From Octopus bimaculoides (lineage: Eukaryota): DNA of 63,910 bases. The stretch is taken from assembly GCF_001194135.2 (NCBI RefSeq), contig NC_068995.1, positions 4,214,405 through 4,278,314 of the forward strand, written 5' to 3'. The first letter of the stretch is position 1; every line of letters begins with the position of its first letter. Position numbers and translations under genes: made by a program. Shown piece after piece: positions 1 through 11,452 of this stretch. The notes beneath the pieces are model-generated. The model was not told the DNA's origin and ran no database searches. It saw only the letters and a list, made by a program, of their open reading frames with translations.

Positions 1-633
1 GGTGGTTCTGGTTGTGGTGGTGGTGGTGGTGGTGGTGGTTGTGTGGTGGTGGTGGTGGTGTTGAGAGTCGTGGGTGGTCGTTAAAATTGGGTGGAAATAA
101 AGCAATTTAGGAAAATCTTGATTGGTATTATTGAGTGTTGATCAAAATGAAATATAAGTGGAACATTATAAGGATATGAAAGACATGAATGAATGAAACG
201 AAGGAAATTTAGAATGAATGAATGGACGAAGGAAGGAAGGTGAGGAGTAGAGTAGGAGGAGAGAAAATTGAAAGAGTAAGAAATAAAAAGCAAAGACTTG
301 AGGTGAGAAAGGAAATTAATACGAAATGAAAGAAGGAAAGAAGAAGGTGGGTATGAAGGAAGGAAAGAAAGAAATGCAGTAAACGCTAACATGAAATAAG
401 GAAGGGAGAGAGAGAAGGAAAGAATGATAGCGAGAGAGAAGGGAGAGTGGGGAAGAGAGAGAGACAGAGAGAAAGAGAGAGAGATAGAGATAGAGAGAGA
501 GAGAGAGAGATAGAGAGAGAGAGGAATATTGAATATATTGAATGCAAGACACTGAAAGAGGAAAGTGTCAAGATAACGAATGAAGAAGAAGAAGAAGAAG
601 AAGAAGAAGAAGAAGAAGAAGAAGAAGAAGAAG

Positions 634-666
<33 letters not shown>

Positions 667-942
667 AAGAAGAAGAAGAAGAATAAAAAGAAGAAGAAGA
701 ATAATAAGAAGAAGAAGAAGATGAAGAAGAAGAAGAAGACGAAGCGACATTGGAATAGTGAAAGTAGAAAGAGTTGAGAATTAAGAGAAGAAAGTGAAGA
801 GAGAAGAAAATGATGATGAATAAACGTATATCTATCTGTTTTTATGATTATGGGCCTATCTACCCCGCTCTCTCTCTCTCGCTCTCTCTCTCTCGCTCTC
901 TCTCTCTCTCGCTCTCTCTCTCTCTCGCTCTCTCTCTCTCGC

Positions 943-975
<33 letters not shown>

Positions 976-1030
976 ACATACATATATATGTGTGTGTGTG
1001 TGTTTGGGTGTGTGCGTATATAAACATATA

Positions 1031-1426
1031 TTCTTTTATTCTTTTACTTGTTTCAGTAGTTTGACTGTAGCCATTGTCGAACATATCAGCAAAAGTACTA
1101 ATTGTTTTGAAGCTTGGTACTTAGTCTATCAGTCTACTTTTTTTTACGAGGACGTAAACACACCAACACCGATTTTCACGCAGTGTTGGTGATGGGGGGA
1201 CTAACACACACAAACATGCAGACGTAGATATATACGTATATACATAGATATATATGTATATACGACGGGCTTCTTTCAGTTTCCATTTACCAAGCCCACT
1301 GTCAAGGCTTTGTTCAGCCCAAGGCTATATTAGAAGACATTTGCCAAAGGTGCGATGCAGTGGGACTGAACCCAGAACCATGTGTTTGGGAAGCAAGCTC
1401 CTTACCACACAGCCACGCCTCCGCCT
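1031..1426 (-). mobile_element. SINE family A, near full length (tRNA-like head, internal TA/TG microsatellite, 3' module)
   Basis: Reverse complement reads GGCGGAGGCGTGGCTGTGTGGTAAGGAGCTTGCTTCCCAAAC...GGTTCAGTCCCACTGC (A/B-box-like), ...GGAAACTGAAAGAAGCCCGTCGTA, tail AAACAAGTAAAAGAATAAAAG. It aligns by eye with more than 10 other copies in the window. Confidence 0.9.
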
Positions 1427-2096
1427 ATATGTATGTATATATATATATATATATATNNNNNNNNNNNNNNNNNNNNNNNNNNNNNNNNNNNNNNNNNNNN
1501 NNNNNNNNNNNNNNNNNNNNNNNNNNNNNNNNNNNNNNNNNNNNNNNNNNNNNNNNNNNNNNNNNNNNNNNNNNNNNNNNNNNNNNNNNNNNNNNNNNNN
1601 NNNNNNNNNNNNNNNNNNNNNNNNNNNNNNNNNNNNNNNNNNNNNNNNNNNNNNNNNNNNNNNNNNNNNNNNNNNNNNNNNNNNNNNNNNNNNNNNNNNN
1701 NNNNNNNNNNNNNNNNNNGCATACAAAATAGTAGTAAATCACGAAGAAAGGAAAGAAAGAAAGAGTTGAAGAAAGAAAGAGTTGAAGAAAGAAAAGAAAG
1801 AGAAAGAAATTAATTAATGAAGAGTAAAAAAGAAGGAACGTGGCAGAAGGGAGAAATGAATTAAAAGAAATAACAGAAGAAGAAGGTAGTGATAGAAAGG
1901 AAGAAGAAAATAATAGAAGAATGAAAGGAAGATTGAACAAGAACGATAACAAAAAGAAAAAGTGAAACATTCCGGAAGGAAAAAAAAGTGAAGGAAAGAA
2001 AAGTAAAAAACAAGTAAAAAAAAATGGGGGGAAAGAGAAAATAAACCACAAAAAGAATTAAAAAAGAAGAAATGAAGGATAAATATAAAATTATAA

Positions 2097-2245
2097 GAGT
2101 GGCTATGTGGTAAGAAGTTTGCTTCCCAACCACATGGTTCCGGATCAGTGCGTGGCACCTGGGGCGAGTGTCGGTCTATTGTAGCCTGGGGCCGGCAAAA
2201 AGTCTTGTGAAGGGATTTGGTGGACGGAAACTGAAAGAAGCTCAT

Positions 2246-2284
<39 letters not shown>

Positions 2285-2492
2285 CGGCGCCCACCGATTG
2301 AAAACTGGTGTTAGTTTGTTTGCATCCCCGTAACATAGCGGTTCGGGAAAAGACATCGATAGAATAAGCTGCAAGTTGTAAACAAGAAAAATAAAACGTA
2401 ATGTGATTGTTTCGTTCGACTAAAAACTCTTTTAGGCAGTGCCCCAGCATGGCCGCAGTCTAATGACTGAAACAAGAGAAAAAGAATAAAAG
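2097..2492 (+). mobile_element. SINE family A, full length
   Basis: GTGGCTATGTGGTAAGAAGTTTGCTTCCCAACCACATGGTTCC head, internal (TG)n 2247-2280, tail GCCCCAGCATGGCCGCAGTCTAATGACTGAAACAAGAG. Confidence 0.9.
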
Positions 2493-2752
2493 TGAAGAAG
2501 AAAATGTTGAAGGAGAAAGGCGGAAAGGAAAGAAAGAATATGAAAGAAGAAAAGAGCGTGGAAGGAAGCAAAGAAGGGAGAGAAAGAAAGAGAGATATAA
2601 AGAAAAGCTAATAATTTGAATGAAAAAGTTCGAGAAAAAAATGAGTGAAAGAGTGAAAATAGAAAGTGTAAGAGAGCATGAGAAAGAATGAGAGAGCAGG
2701 GAGATGATGAGAGAGAGAGAGAGAGGGTATGTATAAAGGAGTGTGTATGTGG

Positions 2753-2794
<42 letters not shown>

Positions 2795-3234
2795 ATGCGC
2801 CGGCGCGAACTGAAGAATGAATACAAAACGCTGGAAGAGAACAGAAAATAAGTGTGATGTTAGCAAATGNNNNNNNNNNNNNNNNNNNNNNNNNNNNNNN
2901 NNNNNNNNNNNNNNNNNNNNNNNNNNNNNNNNNNNNNNNNNNNAGGAGGAGGAGGAGGAGGAGGAAGAGGAAAAGGAGGGGGAGGAAAAGGAGGGGGAGG
3001 AAAAGGAGGGGAGAATGAAGGTAGACAGGTTGAGAGAGAAAGAGAGAGAGAGAGAGATTTCAAAGTGTGTGGGAAGGATTGAATAAAAAAAAGTGTTAAG
3101 TTAGAAAGATGCTCACGGAAGGAACACACACACACACACATTTATATTCATGCATAGACACACCGACGGATAGACAGACAGATAAATATACCTGCAGACA
3201 GACAAACAAACTGAGAGGCAGATAGACAGATAGG

Positions 3235-3281
<47 letters not shown>

Positions 3282-3754
3282 GTAGTTCAGGGGAAAATTA
3301 ATTTTCACAAGCTGAGAGAGAAAGTGAGAGACAGGAGAGAGAGAGGCGGAGACAGAGATGGAGAAAGAAATAACAATAAAAGTTAAAAGGAAGACGATGC
3401 AAAGGAGAAGTCGTTGGCGTGGAAAGGAAAAAGGATTGTGAGAGGGAAATGAGTAAAAACTATACAAAAATGAAGAAAGGCAGGTTGGCAGGAGCAACAG
3501 GATGGTAGAAAAGCTAGATAAATGTGAAGAGATGAAGAAACGAAGAGGATGATGGGAAACGATCGTCTGCTAACTGATTGTAAGTGTTAGAGTGAGGTGG
3601 TAGAAGGATGCAACTGACGTGTAAAAGAGTAGGAGGTGGTCAAGAATTATGATAGGAATGTGTCCTGTGTGTGAGAGAGAGTGTGTGTGTGTGTGGAAGC
3701 TTGTGTTGTGCGTGTGTTGATGTATTTGGACTGCGTGTGTGTGGCTATATATTA

Positions 3755-3849
<95 letters not shown>

Positions 3850-4800
3850 GATGAGATTATGTATGTTATGTGTTGGTGTATGTGTTGTGTATATGTGCGT
3901 ATGTGTTTTTGTCTGTATGCATGTTCGTGTGAGAGTTTGCGTATGTGTGTGTCTGCATGTGAGGTTGTATGCATGTGTGTGTATATAATTTTGTGCTTGT
4001 TCGTATGCGAGTTTCTGTACTTGCATGTGTGTGTGTGTGTGTGTGTGTATTTGTGTATGTGTTTGTTTGTTAGTGAGTATGTATTTGAGTGTATATGTAA
4101 GTTTATGTTTATGAGTGAGTTTGTTTGTGGATCTGTGTCAGTTTGTGTATGCGTATATTTAATATATATATGTGTGTGTATATGTGTGTGCGAGTTTGCG
4201 AGTTTGTGTAGTGTGTAAGTATAAGCGGATGAATAAGTGTGTGTCTGATAAAGTGGTTTTGTGTGTCTTCATTACTTTAATGGAGTGTGTGCGTGTGTTT
4301 GTGTGCGTGTTTGTGTGCGTGTTTGTGCGTGTCTGTGGTTGAATTTGTAGGACTTTTTACTGGAGGTGAATTCATGTATAAAGGCCTGTGCGTGCATGTG
4401 TGCGTGCATGTGAGTGTGTATGAGCGTGCGTGTGCGTGTGCGTGTGTGTATGTGTGAGTTTGTATATGTGTGTGTTTGTGTGTTTGTTTTAATGCCAGAT
4501 TGCGTATGTAAGTTGGTTTTCTCAGTTTGTGGTGTCTGTTCGTGTATGTGCATATATGTGGGTGCGCGCGCGCGTGTGCATCGGTGTGGGTGCGTGTGTT
4601 TGTATATGTGTGTTTGCGTGTGCAATGAGAACAGTGCAGGAGAATGAGAAAAATGAGAAAATGTAGATGGCGGAAAAAAACAAAGAGGAAAAGTGGGGAA
4701 AGAGACATAGAGAGAGTTCATGAGTGAGTAAGATAAGGGGGGGGGTTAGCTAAGGGGAGGTGTAATATAGAACAGTATAATGGAGGGAAAGCGAAGGAGA

Positions 4801-4851
<51 letters not shown>

Positions 4852-5299
4852 TGTGTGAGAGAGGAATGAGAAATTTTGAGAGATAAAGAGGGGGTGAAAG
4901 TGAGAGAGAGTAAGAGTAAAAGTGGAGGGAGGGCAATTGAAAGACGTAAGGTTAAAGAGAGGGAGAGGGGGAGAGGAAGTGGAAGTATTNNNNNNNNNNN
5001 NNNNNNNNNNNNNNNNNNNNNNNNNNNNNNNNNNNNNNNNNNNNNNNNNNNNNNNNNNNNNTGTGTGTGTGTGTGTGTGTGTTCTTGCGTGAGTGTTTGC
5101 GTGTGTGTATACAGGTGCGTGTGCATGTCTATTTGCGTCTCTAAATGCAATTGTGTGTGTGTGTGTGTGGGGGGGGGTTTATGTGTGTATGTGTGTGTCT
5201 TTGTGTGTGGGTGTGAGTGTGTGTATGTGTGTGTATGTGGGTGTGTGTGTGGTTCATTGGTTCGATGTAGAAGAAGTAGTATAGTTGGTCCCATGGTCT

Positions 5300-6110
5300 T
5301 CGCGATTATCCGACGTTAATGAGATTGAACCCGAGAATATTCCGCATCAGCTGTTTCATGTGGGCGACCAATGACTAATTATGTGGTATGGAGGGAACTG
5401 AGTATAGTGGGTCACGGAGACAGATGATAGCAAACACAAATGAGTCGGGAGGTGGGGTCCTGAATTAAGGTAGTGTGAGATCAGCAACCGCCTGGGAACA
5501 AAGGCCGTTGTAGTAGCGGTATTAAACCCAGTGAGTGGAGACAGCATGTCAGTGGATCAATAGTTGCAGTGCATTTGTGAATAACTTCATCATAATCATT
5601 GAAGAAAGGTTTTCTGTTGTTACATCAAGGAAGGTAATGCTTAGCAGCAATGCTGTCCCGGATGCGGGGCCAGCGTCCCGAAGTGGCATTTAAAGAGTTA
5701 AGAATTCTTGGAAGATTGTAATATTTAATGGTGCTGAGAGGAGGGACTTGTCTTTGAAGTGCACATGTTGCCATATTAATGTGGTGGAATGAAAGTAAGA
5801 TCAGACATAGAAGGGTCTATGTTGTTGTAGATGAGCGCATGAAGGCCATGTGGAACAAAACCAACCCATGAGACATGCTGGAGTTCATTGGGTTTTGGTT
5901 AGGGAAAGATTCATCAGAATTCTTTGTTGACTGGCGATTCTAGCAAAAAGATTCCCATTCAGGAATTGGGAGACAAGCAGAGTCTAAGAGTCCATAGTTC
6001 ACTAATTTGGAAGGAAGATTCACTTCCTGGGTACAGTGAAAGGCCCTGATTATGTAGAGGGTACACAGTTTTCCTTTTAATTCTCGATAGTGAGAGCATG
6101 TTGAGGAATA
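5300..6110 (-). mobile_element. Decayed LINE ORF2 (CR1/L2/Jockey group): RT domain and C-terminus with stops, frameshifts and deletions
   Basis: Manual minus-strand translation gives, in the expected order: LYIIRAFH..SKLVNYGL (cf. LDISKAFD..SKL.SYG), PMNSSMSHGLVL (cf. PINSGVPQGSVL), FLTL*, FTNALQLLIH*HAVS (cf. LQPLSHRRAVS), YRYYNGLCSQAVADL (cf. FYRYYNGxCS), THYTQ. Confidence 0.8.
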
Positions 6111-6144
6111 ACTTAACTGTTTTGGTCACCGGTACAAAGTGGCC

Positions 6145-6341
6145 TGTGTTTGTCCCCCCACCACCATCGCTTGTCAACCGATGTTGGTGTGTTCACGTCC
6201 CCGTAACCAAGCGATTTGGAATAAGAGACCGATAGCATAAGTACTTGGCTTACAAAGAATAAGTCCTGGGGTCGATTTCTTCGACTAAAAGGCGGTGCTC
6301 CAGCATGGCCGCAGTCAATTGACTGAACCAAATAAAAGAAT
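6145..6341 (+). mobile_element. SINE family A, 3' half
   Basis: TTTGTCCCCCCACCACCATCGCTTGTCAACCGATG...CCTGGGGTCGATTTCTTCGACTAAAAGGCGGTGCTCCAGCATGGCCGCAGTC matches the 3' module of other A copies. Confidence 0.9.
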
Positions 6342-6879
6342 GTGTGAGTGCGTGCGTGTGTGTGTGTGTTTGTGTATGTGTGCGCGCGCGCACGTTTTTT
6401 GCAGACTGTTTATGCAAGTGTGCGCAAGCGTGTGTAAATCTGTGTGCCGTGCGTGTGTACGTGTGTAAGTGTGTGCGTGTGTGTGTGTATGTGTGTGTAA
6501 TTTTGTGTGAGAATGTGTAGGTGGTAGTGGATATGCATGTGTCTGTGTGCATGTTGCGTATTAGTGTGTGTCTCGTGTATCTACATGCGTTTGAGCGTAT
6601 ATAAGTGTATGTGATTCTTTGTCTGTATGTTTGGTTGTGTGAGTATGACAGAGTAAGAGTGTGTATGTGTGAGAATATATGTGTATGTATGTACGAATGT
6701 ATGTGTTTGCGTGTGCGCGAGCATCAGTTCTTAACTGTCCAGAGACGAAAAGTGTAATTAACTATCACGCCCCCTCATATATTTCACAAATAAATGAAGC
6801 GGTGTTACAGTTAATTGCAATTAGTTTGTAGTCTAAATGAAAATTATATATAATTGATTATATTAACCCAAGGAGTTCA

Positions 6880-6975
6880 CTGGTACTTTATTTATAATGC
6901 CCGCTGAAAAGATAAGCGGCAAGTTTGACTCGAGCGGAATTTGAACTCAGATCTCAAGGAGTCGGGTCTAAAATG
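6880..6975 (-). mobile_element. SINE family B-related fragment
   Basis: GGTACTTTATT...GGAATTTGAACTCAGA is the reverse complement of the family B B-box and central region. Confidence 0.65.
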
Positions 6976-7052
6976 ATTTCTATGAAAGTAATAAAGCTAG
7001 AAATGGTTTGAAAGGTGTTAGTCTGACCTCATTACTTGACCAGAACTTTGAA

Positions 7053-7262
7053 GGTGGGAAACTGGCAGAATCGTTAGCACGCTGCGCGAAATGCTTAGTG
7101 GTATTTCGTCTGCCGTTATATTCTGAGTTCAGCTTCCACCGGTGTCGACTTTACCTTTCGTCCTTACGGGGTCGACCAAATACGTACCAGTCACGCACTG
7201 GGGTCGATGTAATCGACTAGCCCCAAATTTCGGGCCTTGTACCTATACTAGAAAGGATTATT
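7053..7262 (+). mobile_element. SINE family B, full length
   Basis: CTGGCAGAATCGTTAGCACG...GAAATGCTTAG..GTATTTCGTCTG...TTCTGAGTTC...GGGGTCGAC...TGGGGTCGATGTAATCGACT...CGGGCCTTGTACCTATACTAGAAAGGATTATT. Confidence 0.92.
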
Positions 7263-7265
7263 TGA

Positions 7266-7605
7266 CTGGCATTTTATTTTATCGAATCCCCGATCAGATG
7301 GAATGTGAAGTCGACCCCCTCACCACCTCCACCAGGATTTGAACTCAGAACTTAAGAAGCCGGATCTAAAATTATTACTAAAGAAAGCAATAAAGACAGA
7401 AGTGTGTCAGGAGGTGTTACTCATATGTTCCTTTGTCGAACTTTGAATATTTGGAAGTTAAAGTTGACAACAGCGAAATTTGAACTTGGGACCTCAAAAA
7501 TCGCTTCTAAAATTATTTTCAACAAAGACATGACCAGAAATTTGATGAGACTTGTTAACCAATTATATTAGATTCTATCATTTGCTTAGTACTTTATTTC
7601 ATCGA
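7266..7605 (-). mobile_element. Cluster of decayed family B-related fragments (7266-7380, 7455-7520, 7570-7605)
   Basis: Repeated AAGTCGAC/AAGTTGAC...ATTTGAACT motifs and TAGTACTTTATTTCATCGA, all reverse-oriented relative to the 7053 copy. Confidence 0.6.
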
Positions 7606-8054
7606 NNNNNNNNNNNNNNNNNNNNNNNNNNNNNNNNNNNNNNNNNNNNNNNNNNNNNNNNNNNNNNNNNNNNNNNNNNNNNNNNNNNNNNNNNNNNNNN
7701 NNNNNNNNNNNNNNNNNNNNNNNNNNNNNNNNNNNNNNNNNNNNNNNNNNNNNNNNNNNNNNNNNNNNNNNNNNNNNNNNNNNNNNNNNNNNNNNNNNNN
7801 NNNNNNNNNNNNNNNNNNNNNNNNNNNNNNNNNNNNNNNNNNNNNNNNNNNNNNNNNNNNNNNNNNNNNNNNNNNNNNNNNNNNNNNNNNNNNNNNNNNN
7901 NNNNNNNNNNNNNNNNNNNNNNNNNNNNNNNNNNNNNNNNNNNNNNNNNNNNNNNNNNNNNNNNNNNNNNNNNNNNNNNNNNNNNNNNNNNNNNNNNNNN
8001 NNNNNNNNNNNNNNNNNNNNNNNNNNNNNNNNNNNNNNNNNNNNNNNNNNNNNN

Positions 8055-8113
<59 letters not shown>

Positions 8114-8119
8114 ACATGT

Positions 8120-8528
8120 CTTCTATCATTTATCATTTTCAGCCATTAGACTGCTGCCATGCTGGAGCACCGCAGTGAAGAATTTTTAGTCGAATGAATG
8201 GATGCCAGTACGTGTTTTTTTAAACCTCGTACTTATTCTATCATCTCCCTTGCCGAACCGCTTTGTTATGGGAACGTAAACACACCAATAACGGTTGTCA
8301 AGCGGTGGCCGGAGACGATCACAGACATAAAGACACTCACACACAGAGAAACACAGACACATACACACACACATACATATATAAACATATATGATGGACT
8401 TCTTTCTGTTTCCATCTACAAAATCCAATCAAAAGGCTTTGGTTGGCCCGAAGCTATAGTAGAAGCCATTTGCCCAAGGTGCCACGCAGTGGGACTGACA
8501 CCGGGGCGATGTAGTTGTAAAGCAAGTT
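8120..8528 (-). mobile_element. SINE family A, full length
   Basis: GACTGCTGCCATGCTGGAGCACCG tail, internal (CA)n/(TA)n, TTTGCCCAAGGTGCCACGCAGTGGGACTGA head. Confidence 0.9.
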
Positions 8529-8539
8529 TATCTTTTGTC

Positions 8540-8760
8540 CTTGAGTATTTTGGTCGTATGAATCGACCCCACTGCTTGGGTTTTAAGCATGATACTTATG
8601 CTATACTTCGCTCTTGGCGAACTGCTACGTAATGGTGACGTAAACACACCAAACCGGCTGTGAAGCGGTGGTGGGGGATGTGTCAAATGCAGACACCAAG
8701 GATTCAATCACACAAACACACGCAGATATTCAGACACGCAGACACAGACAGACACACATA
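8540..8760 (-). mobile_element. SINE family A, second tandem partial copy (3' module)
   Basis: AATCGACCCCA...GACGTAAACACACCAAACCGGCTGTGAAGCGGTGGTGGGGGA followed by (CA)n. Confidence 0.75.
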
Positions 8761-9769
8761 AGTGTGTGCATATATATACATATATATATATATATANNNN
8801 NNNNNNNNNNNNNNNNNNNNNNNNNNNNNNNNNNNNNNNNNNNNNNNNNNNNNNNNNNNNNNNNNNNNNNNNNNNNNNNNNNNNNNNNNNNNNNNNNNNN
8901 NNNNNNNNNNNNNNNNNNNNNNNNNNNNNNNNNNNNNNNNNNNNNNNNNNNNNNNNNNNNNNNNNNNNNNNNNNNNNNNNNNNNNNNNNNNNNNNNNNNN
9001 NNNNNNNNNNNNNNNNNNNNNNNNNNNNNNNNNNNNNNNNNNNNNNNNNNNNNNNNNNNNNNNNNNNNNNNNNNNNNNNNNNNNNNNNNNNNNNNNNNNN
9101 NNNNNNNNNNNNNNNNNNNNNNNNNNNNNNNNNNNNNNNNNNNNNNNNNNNNNNNNNNNNNNNNNNNNNNNNNNNNNNNNNNNNNNNNNNNNNNNNNNNN
9201 NNNNNNNNNNNNNNNNNNNNNNNNNNNNNNNNNNNNNNNNNNNNNNNNNNNNNNNNNNNNNNNNNNNNNNNNNNNNNNNNNNNNNNNNNNNNNNNNNNNN
9301 NNNNNNNNNNNNNNNNNNNNNNNNNNNNNNNNNNNNNNNNNNNNNNNNNNNNNNNNNNNNNNNNNNNNNNNNNNNNNNNNNNNNNNNNNNNNNNNNNNNN
9401 NNNNNNNNNNNNNNNNNNNNNNNNNNNNNNNNNNNNNNNNNNNNNNNNNNNNNNNNNNNNNNNNNNNNNNNNNNNNNNNNNNNNNNNNNNNNNNNNNNNN
9501 NNNNNNNNNNNNNNNNNNNNNNNNNNNNNNNNNNNNNNNNNNNNNNNNNNNNNNNNNNNNNNNNNNNNNNNNNNNNNNNNNNNNNNNNNNNNNNNNNNNN
9601 NNNNNNNNNNNNNNNNNNNNNNNNNNNNNNNNNNNNNNNNNNNNNNNNNNNNNNNNNNNNNNNNNNNNNNNNNNNNNNNNNNNNNNNNNNNNNNNNNNNN
9701 NNNNNNNNNNNNNNNNNNNNNNNNNNNNNNNNNNNNNTATATATATATATATGTACATGTACATGCGAT

Positions 9770-9932
9770 GGCGTGGCTGTGTGGTAAGAAGCTTGCTTCC
9801 CAATCACATGGTTCCGAGTTCAGTCTCACTGCGTGGCAGCTTAGGCAAGTGTCTTTTACTATAATCCCGGGCCGACCAAATCCCTGTGAGTGGATTTGTT
9901 AGACGGAAACTGAATGAAGCACGTCGTATATA
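9770..9932 (+). mobile_element. SINE family A, 5' half
   Basis: GGCGTGGCTGTGTGGTAAGAAGCTTGCTTCCCAATCACATGGTTCCGAGTTCAGTCTCACTGCGTGGCAGCTTAGGCAAGTGTC...GGAAACTGAATGAAGCACGTCGTATA. Confidence 0.92.
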
Positions 9933-10000
9933 TGTATATTTATTTGCTAGTCTTTTGCCAACATTTTAAGTCCCTATATGTATTATATATTCCTGATATT

Positions 10001-10295
10001 GCGTCGGTTACGACGACGAGCGTTAGAGTTGATTCGATTGACGGCAGAACAACCTACTCATGAAATTAACGTGCAACTGGCTGAGGTCTCTACCGACACC
10101 ATGCTCTTCAGTGCGGAATAGAATGCGACGAGGCTGGTCGTTTGAATTACACTTACAACTCACTTTTGCCAGTTGAATGGACTGAAGCAACAAGAAATAA
10201 AATGTCTTGCTCAAGGAAACAACGCATCGCCAGGAATCGAAATCGCGATCTGACAATCCTGATCCGAATACACTTACCACTAACCACTGTTTCGT
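10001..10295 (-). mobile_element. SINE family C (tRNA-derived head plus TCCTTGAGCAAGACA central domain)
   Basis: Reverse complement: CAGTGGTTAGTGGTAAGTG...ATTTCGATTCCTGG...GTTGTTTCCTTGAGCAAGACATTTTATTTC. The central part matches 37750-37800. Confidence 0.8.
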
Positions 10296-11397
10296 GATAC
10301 AGCTCATACATAACCTGAATATAGTTTGATATAAATTTTTAATAATTTTTGTAAATAATGCTCTCAGAAAGGTAAGATATCAATTTCCACCTGTGATGTC
10401 ATATATTGATTAAAAGGTTACAGTACTCGTACGCCATTTATATTCTGTTTTATTTTTTACTCTCCAGATATTAGGTTCTCTGTAAGGTAATAAACAAAGC
10501 GTTGAATATGATTACAGGTAAATAAAATCACATCTGATAAAAGTCAACATTTTATTTTCCAAGTAATGCACAAGTAATTACGCTAGTCGTGTTGCACTCA
10601 TACACGGAGGTGAAACTCAGAACTCACGTAAAAATAAGGTTTTGTGCATGTTGAACAAAGAAAACAACATGAAGTTCACTGCTCACAAACTTGAAGATGC
10701 ATTATTACGACTACGTCAGGTTGGAGAGGTGTGAGAGAGAAGGTACAGCATTGGTGGCATCAGTGGGAGCTGGAGAGTTAGGTAATTTACGGGTGTCCAC
10801 CTACGAAGCCCGGTTGTCATTAAAGGGTTATAAAAGAGGATTTTTGTGACGGGTGTTGTAAGACAGTAAGAAAGAGAGTGAGGTGCGGGAACAGCAGAGA
10901 AAAGAGTAGGAGGAATGTAATAAGAAAACGGATAAAAGTACATTTAGAGACACGGAGGGAAAGAGAGAGGAGAAACAGACAGACAGACAAAGGTGTTGAG
11001 AGGGAGAGATGTAAATCTTATTAGGAAGCGTATACATAATTTTTTTTAAGATTAAACAGGGAATATGATTTCAGGAAAATATAATGGAAGTTGAAAATGT
11101 CAGCATTATATTTGGAAGACAACAGTGATTACGGTATAGGAAGATAACAGGGAGACGCTATTAGTATTATAGGGTGAGAAGTGAAGGGGGGAGGTGACAT
11201 AAAAGGGGTTAAAATAAAATAAAACAATATGAAATAAAGTAAAAAATATAGTAGAGTGAGAAACACGAGGAGGTTTAATATTTGTGATAGATTTAGGGAT
11301 ATAAAGGTTTTAAAGGTAGATAAATAAGTTGACAGAGAGAAGGGCAGGTCGATATACATACATACGTATATAGATAGATAGATGGATAGATAGATAA

Positions 11398-11452
<55 letters not shown>

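Larger units (their letters stand above)
1..5280. repeat. Compound low-complexity block: (GGT)n, (GA)n, (GAA)n, (CT)n, (GT)n, (GATA)n, (GGA)n and decayed versions
   Basis: Seen directly, e.g. (GGT)n 1-60, (GAA)n about 580-740, (CT)n 868-972, (GT)n 3757-3846, (GA)n 4800-4848. The ORFs here are E/R, L/S, H/T, C/V runs. Confidence 0.97.

Noticed and set aside
1-60. Telomeric or subtelomeric repeat
   Set aside because: The motif is (GGT)n, not TTAGGG; no telomeric array is present in the window.
81-5319. Low-complexity ORFs (poly-F, E/R, H/T, C/V, L/S), and similar ones at 38774-39601, 45884-46351 and 49973-50838
   Set aside because: Direct translations of microsatellites with no domain content.
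10720-10980. LINE C-terminal fragment on the minus strand (SYNTRHK...LPNS)
   Set aside because: Only one short motif; insufficient support.
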